DNA of 64,000 nt from a virus: positions 1-64,000 of IMG/VR virus record IMGVR_UViG_3300018875_000004; one strand, 5' to 3'. Of the stretch, positions 60,894-64,000 are shown piece after piece. The notes below the pieces were generated by a model, which made no database searches, was not told the DNA's origin, and saw only the letters and a program-made list of their open reading frames with translations. Positions within the stretch are counted from its first letter, which is position 1; the number at the start of each line of letters is the position of its first letter. A program made the translations under genes and the position numbers.

Positions 60894-63357
60894 CTCTTAC
60901 CTCCTGATCGTAAGTCTGGCAACGGATAGACCAACTATAGACAGACGGTGTAACGCTCTCGTAGCCGGCGCTATTGCGGCGCAGGATGGCTTTCAATCGA
61001 ACGTCTGTTGTCAGATAGTAATAGTCCACGGTAATGTTCTTCAGCTCACCGTCAAAAGCGGATATCGGGAAGTACAGCGTGTTGCCGATCTGTGCAAAGT
61101 TCTTTCCATCATTTTCATTTTGCAGCCGGTTCTTATCGTAGGTTCCGCTGGCGTAGTCTGTAATGTTCTGGTATTCTACGCCGCCGACCCGGACGATCAC
61201 CGGATAGTAAAGCTTATCCATGCTCAGTTGGCTGCTGTCCTGCGTATAGCGGTCATCGTGCGAATTGTAGTCGAAGATTTCGCTCCGGTACACATACGGG
61301 ATATGCTGAAGCGTGACCGTGTTGTTGGCGCTCACCGCATTGAAGTATTCGCCAGTCTCACCCTGTGGATTGATATACTGCATGGGCTGCACCTTGTCAG
61401 CATCCACATCCACAAAGTACGCTTCGTTCGCTGGTTTGTAGTCCACGGTGTAAATGCTTGATGCCGAGTAATACGTCTGCCGGATCCCGATGCGTTTTCC
61501 ATCATCAGTGATGACGTACTGCTCCCCGCCGATCGGCACGCCGTCTCTGCGGACGGTCACGGTGTCTTTCGAGATAGCCGGGAAGCGGAAGCTGAAGTTA
61601 ATCGTGTTTTGCAGCAGGTAATCATCTCCGCCTACAGTGCTGCCGAGCAGCAGCTCTCCCTTGACGTAATCCTTGTTCGCCGGCATGATCGGCATCCATG
61701 CAGTCGGCTCCGGATTCTTCTTGTAGCTGATGTAATACTCGATATCGGTGATCCGTGCCTGGTCCCCATTCTCTAAATCCATATCATGGTGCTTCTCTTC
61801 GGTGGTCAGCGACATACGTTTCACGTTGCCGGATACCGGCAGCCCCTCGGAGACGTAGATTGATCGCGGCAGATACTTCCGCCCGGTGATGCCGATGTTG
61901 TAGAAGCCGTACAGGTACGACAGCTTATTGGCTGCGATGTATTGCTGGCTGAGTGTGCCTTCGCTCGCGGCCGCTTCATTCATATTGGCGCTCACTGATC
62001 GCAGCGCAAGCATCATCGGGTTTTGGTAATTGCCCATGCGGACTTGCTCCATGGCGCTCTTGGCTGCGCTCAGTACGGACTTGGCTTTATCGCCCTGCTT
62101 GGCTGCCCAATCTTGAAGGGCGCTCAGGTACTGGCTCCAGCCGGTCAGTTGATTCTTTTTATCGAACTCTGCAATACTCTCCCCCGGCTCCCGCTTGTCT
62201 GCGATCGCATCGGTACCGAGACGCTGCAGCTCTGCATTGCCGGCAATTTTATTCCATAGTTCCATGTTATTCTGTTCATCCACATTCACCAGGTAGTTCT
62301 CTTTGATGTAGTTCTCCTGACGAACCAGGATGCGCAGCTTCGCAATGTCCACCGATGGGAACTGGAATGTCATTTGACCGACCGACTTCTTGCTGCGCTG
62401 GTATGGATTCTCGTGATCCGGAGTCACCAGCTTGTAGGTCTTTCCGGCGTAGTCCGAAGACTCATAGCCGTGGATGGCCACAATCTCCAGCGGGTAAGAC
62501 GCATACGGATCGAAGGAGATTTCGGATACGGTAGTGATGCCGTTAAGCTGAATCTCCAGCTCGCACATCGCCCCATCCATTTCATATCCTTCATAGTCGT
62601 GCGTCCACAGGTCGCTGATGTCCTGCGTGATTACATCGTCAGCCAGAATGACTTCTGCCCAGAAAGTTTCCTGGGAGCCATCGATCGCATTGTTGATGGG
62701 GTTGTTCGTATTTGTGGCTACGGTGCCGATTCGGTTCAGCACCTGAATCGATGCCAGCTTCCGGCCGTAAGGGTTCTTCAGCTGGTCGATCGTCTCAAAG
62801 GAAGCCAGCTGCAGCGCATCGCTGACAATCTCGGCTCCGTATTTGCTGGCGAGAAACTGTCCGTACCGATCCTTGCGCAGGATGGCCAGATTGGTTTCGT
62901 CGGTCTCGGTATACTGCGGTGCTTTGTATTGCTCATGGACGCCTTCCACAAACCCATCTGTATTTTTCATGATCAGGGTCTGCTTATCAACTTCGGCATT
63001 CAGTGCCGATATCTTCTTGCGGATGTCAGCCAGCATCGATCTGGCCAGCCGCTGGTTATCATTCATCAGACTATCAATCTGATTCGACGCGGCAAACAGC
63101 GTGGAAAGATCGAAAGCAATCTCCTCCAGGTTGCTGTTGTATCCCTTCGAGTCTGTCTTGCCGGTTTGATGCCGAGCCTGAAAGGTTGGCGTGGCGTTGG
63201 TGGAATCCAACTGCTTCAGCAGCCGCTCCAATTCCGCTTGAAACTCGGTATCGCTTTTGATATATCCTTCTTTCTGCTTCAGCTCCAGAAGCTCCATGAG
63301 CTTTTGCCTCTGGGTCTGCGGCAGCGTGGACAGGAATTGATCTAAATAATTAGACAT
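60886..63357 (-). CDS. virion-type protein, paralogue family
   Basis: SKGYN.NL.EI.FDL..LF; NAIDGSQETFW; YLYGFYNI. Confidence 0.75.
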   Translation of the reverse strand: MSNYLDQFLSTLPQTQRQKLMELLELKQKEGYIKSDTEFQAELERLLKQLDSTNATPTFQARHQTGKTDSKGYNSNLEEIAFDLSTLFAASNQIDSLMNDNQRLARSMLADIRKKISALNAEVDKQTLIMKNTDGFVEGVHEQYKAPQYTETDETNLAILRKDRYGQFLASKYGAEIVSDALQLASFETIDQLKNPYGRKLASIQVLNRIGTVATNTNNPINNAIDGSQETFWAEVILADDVITQDISDLWTHDYEGYEMDGAMCELEIQLNGITTVSEISFDPYASYPLEIVAIHGYESSDYAGKTYKLVTPDHENPYQRSKKSVGQMTFQFPSVDIAKLRILVRQENYIKENYLVNVDEQNNMELWNKIAGNAELQRLGTDAIADKREPGESIAEFDKKNQLTGWSQYLSALQDWAAKQGDKAKSVLSAAKSAMEQVRMGNYQNPMMLALRSVSANMNEAAASEGTLSQQYIAANKLSYLYGFYNIGITGRKYLPRSIYVSEGLPVSGNVKRMSLTTEEKHHDMDLENGDQARITDIEYYISYKKNPEPTAWMPIMPANKDYVKGELLLGSTVGGDDYLLQNTINFSFRFPAISKDTVTVRRDGVPIGGEQYVITDDGKRIGIRQTYYSASSIYTVDYKPANEAYFVDVDADKVQPMQYINPQGETGEYFNAVSANNTVTLQHIPYVYRSEIFDYNSHDDRYTQDSSQLSMDKLYYPVIVRVGGVEYQNITDYASGTYDKNRLQNENDGKNFAQIGNTLYFPISAFDGELKNITVDYYYLTTDVRLKAILRRNSAGYESVTPSVYSWSIRCQTYDQEVRDE

Positions 63358-63359
63358 GA

Positions 63360-63671
63360 TTACTCTCCTGTTCTCGGTTGTGGTGGTTTAATAGAGGAGT
63401 GTCCTTTTGGTGGGGGCTTGATTGTGATCGACTCAAGAAAAATACCGTGGCACTCATCGCAGTATGGACCCATTACCATCCCGCTTTTCGTAACCGTCAC
63501 ACGATGTTTGCCTGCGTTCGCCCAATATCTTTCATTGCAAAAGTTGCATGTCCAGAATCCGACGATCCAAAGCATAAATCTATAGGTGGCGACTACGAGC
63601 AGAAGAGCCAGTCCAATGTTCCACGAAAACAAAAGCCAAAAGGCTGGTATCTTGCATAGGGTTTTCAACAT
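63360..63671 (-). CDS. membrane protein with Zn-finger
   Basis: TM segment, CNFC...CDEC; RBS AGAGGA. Confidence 0.6.
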   Translation of the reverse strand: MLKTLCKIPAFWLLFSWNIGLALLLVVATYRFMLWIVGFWTCNFCNERYWANAGKHRVTVTKSGMVMGPYCDECHGIFLESITIKPPPKGHSSIKPPQPRTGE

Positions 63672-63717
63672 ACTTATCCTCCTTTCGTATGTAAAGACAG
63701 CCAGTACGGCTGCCTTC

Positions 63718-64000
63718 TTATTTGGAGACGACTCCTGCCTGTCCGTCAAACGGCTCATACTCGTTCGTATCTGGATTCAATTTCTCCAGCACAAAGTGGC
63801 TGAGATTCGGATGATCGTTGTAGCTGAACATCGCGTGGACGTTTCCGTTTTGAACTTCGACCTGCAGGCCTTTCGGTGTAATGCTTTCCAGAAGAATGTC
63901 CTTCCGGTTTCGAGCGATGGAGTAGTCCGCCGTCCAGTTCGTTCCCTTCATCTGCTTGATGTCGCTGACGACTTCGGTCACGACAGCTTCCATGCGCTGA
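63718..64000 (-). CDS. 3' end of a structural-region gene (truncated by window edge)
   Basis: Frame open to the window edge. Confidence 0.65.
   Translation of the reverse strand, partial: QRMEAVVTEVVSDIKQMKGTNWTADYSIARNRKDILLESITPKGLQVEVQNGNVHAMFSYNDHPNLSHFVLEKLNPDTNEYEPFDGQAGVVSK

Overview
This window is about 64 kb of a large Bacillota phage or phage-plasmid. The host is most likely Paenibacillus, inferred from the AloR-type receptor and the lysin C-terminal domain. The left arm (1-16.9 kb, mostly + strand) carries a beta-clamp gene and an RNA island: an unclassified ~520-nt structured RNA, two tRNA-shaped RNAs with aberrant anticodon arms, and a ROOL-like RNA. It also has an RRNPP receptor/secreted-peptide pair, a Doc-type toxin-antitoxin pair, many small ORFs, and a plasmid-type replicon (Rep with a DnaA-domain-I-like tail, seven palindromic iterons, four DnaA boxes, a likely antisense RNA). 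The right arm (17.3-64 kb, - strand) runs, in transcription order, from paralogous virion-type proteins and a 1659-aa metalloprotease/vWA protein, through holins, a Rad52-like annealase, primase and helicase, to nrdI-nrdE-nrdF. It continues with a subtilase, RusA, a sigma factor, a Cas4-like nuclease, a RemA homologue, a dnaE interrupted by a group I intron with a LAGLIDADG gene, a GH25 lysin and thymidylate kinase. Two patterns cut across the gene list: a 14-bp palindrome TGTAAYRYGTTACA in nine intergenic regions, and a shared N-terminus M-E-L-[LMI]-x-x-Y on seven unrelated proteins. All family calls come from motif recognition by eye; no database search was run.
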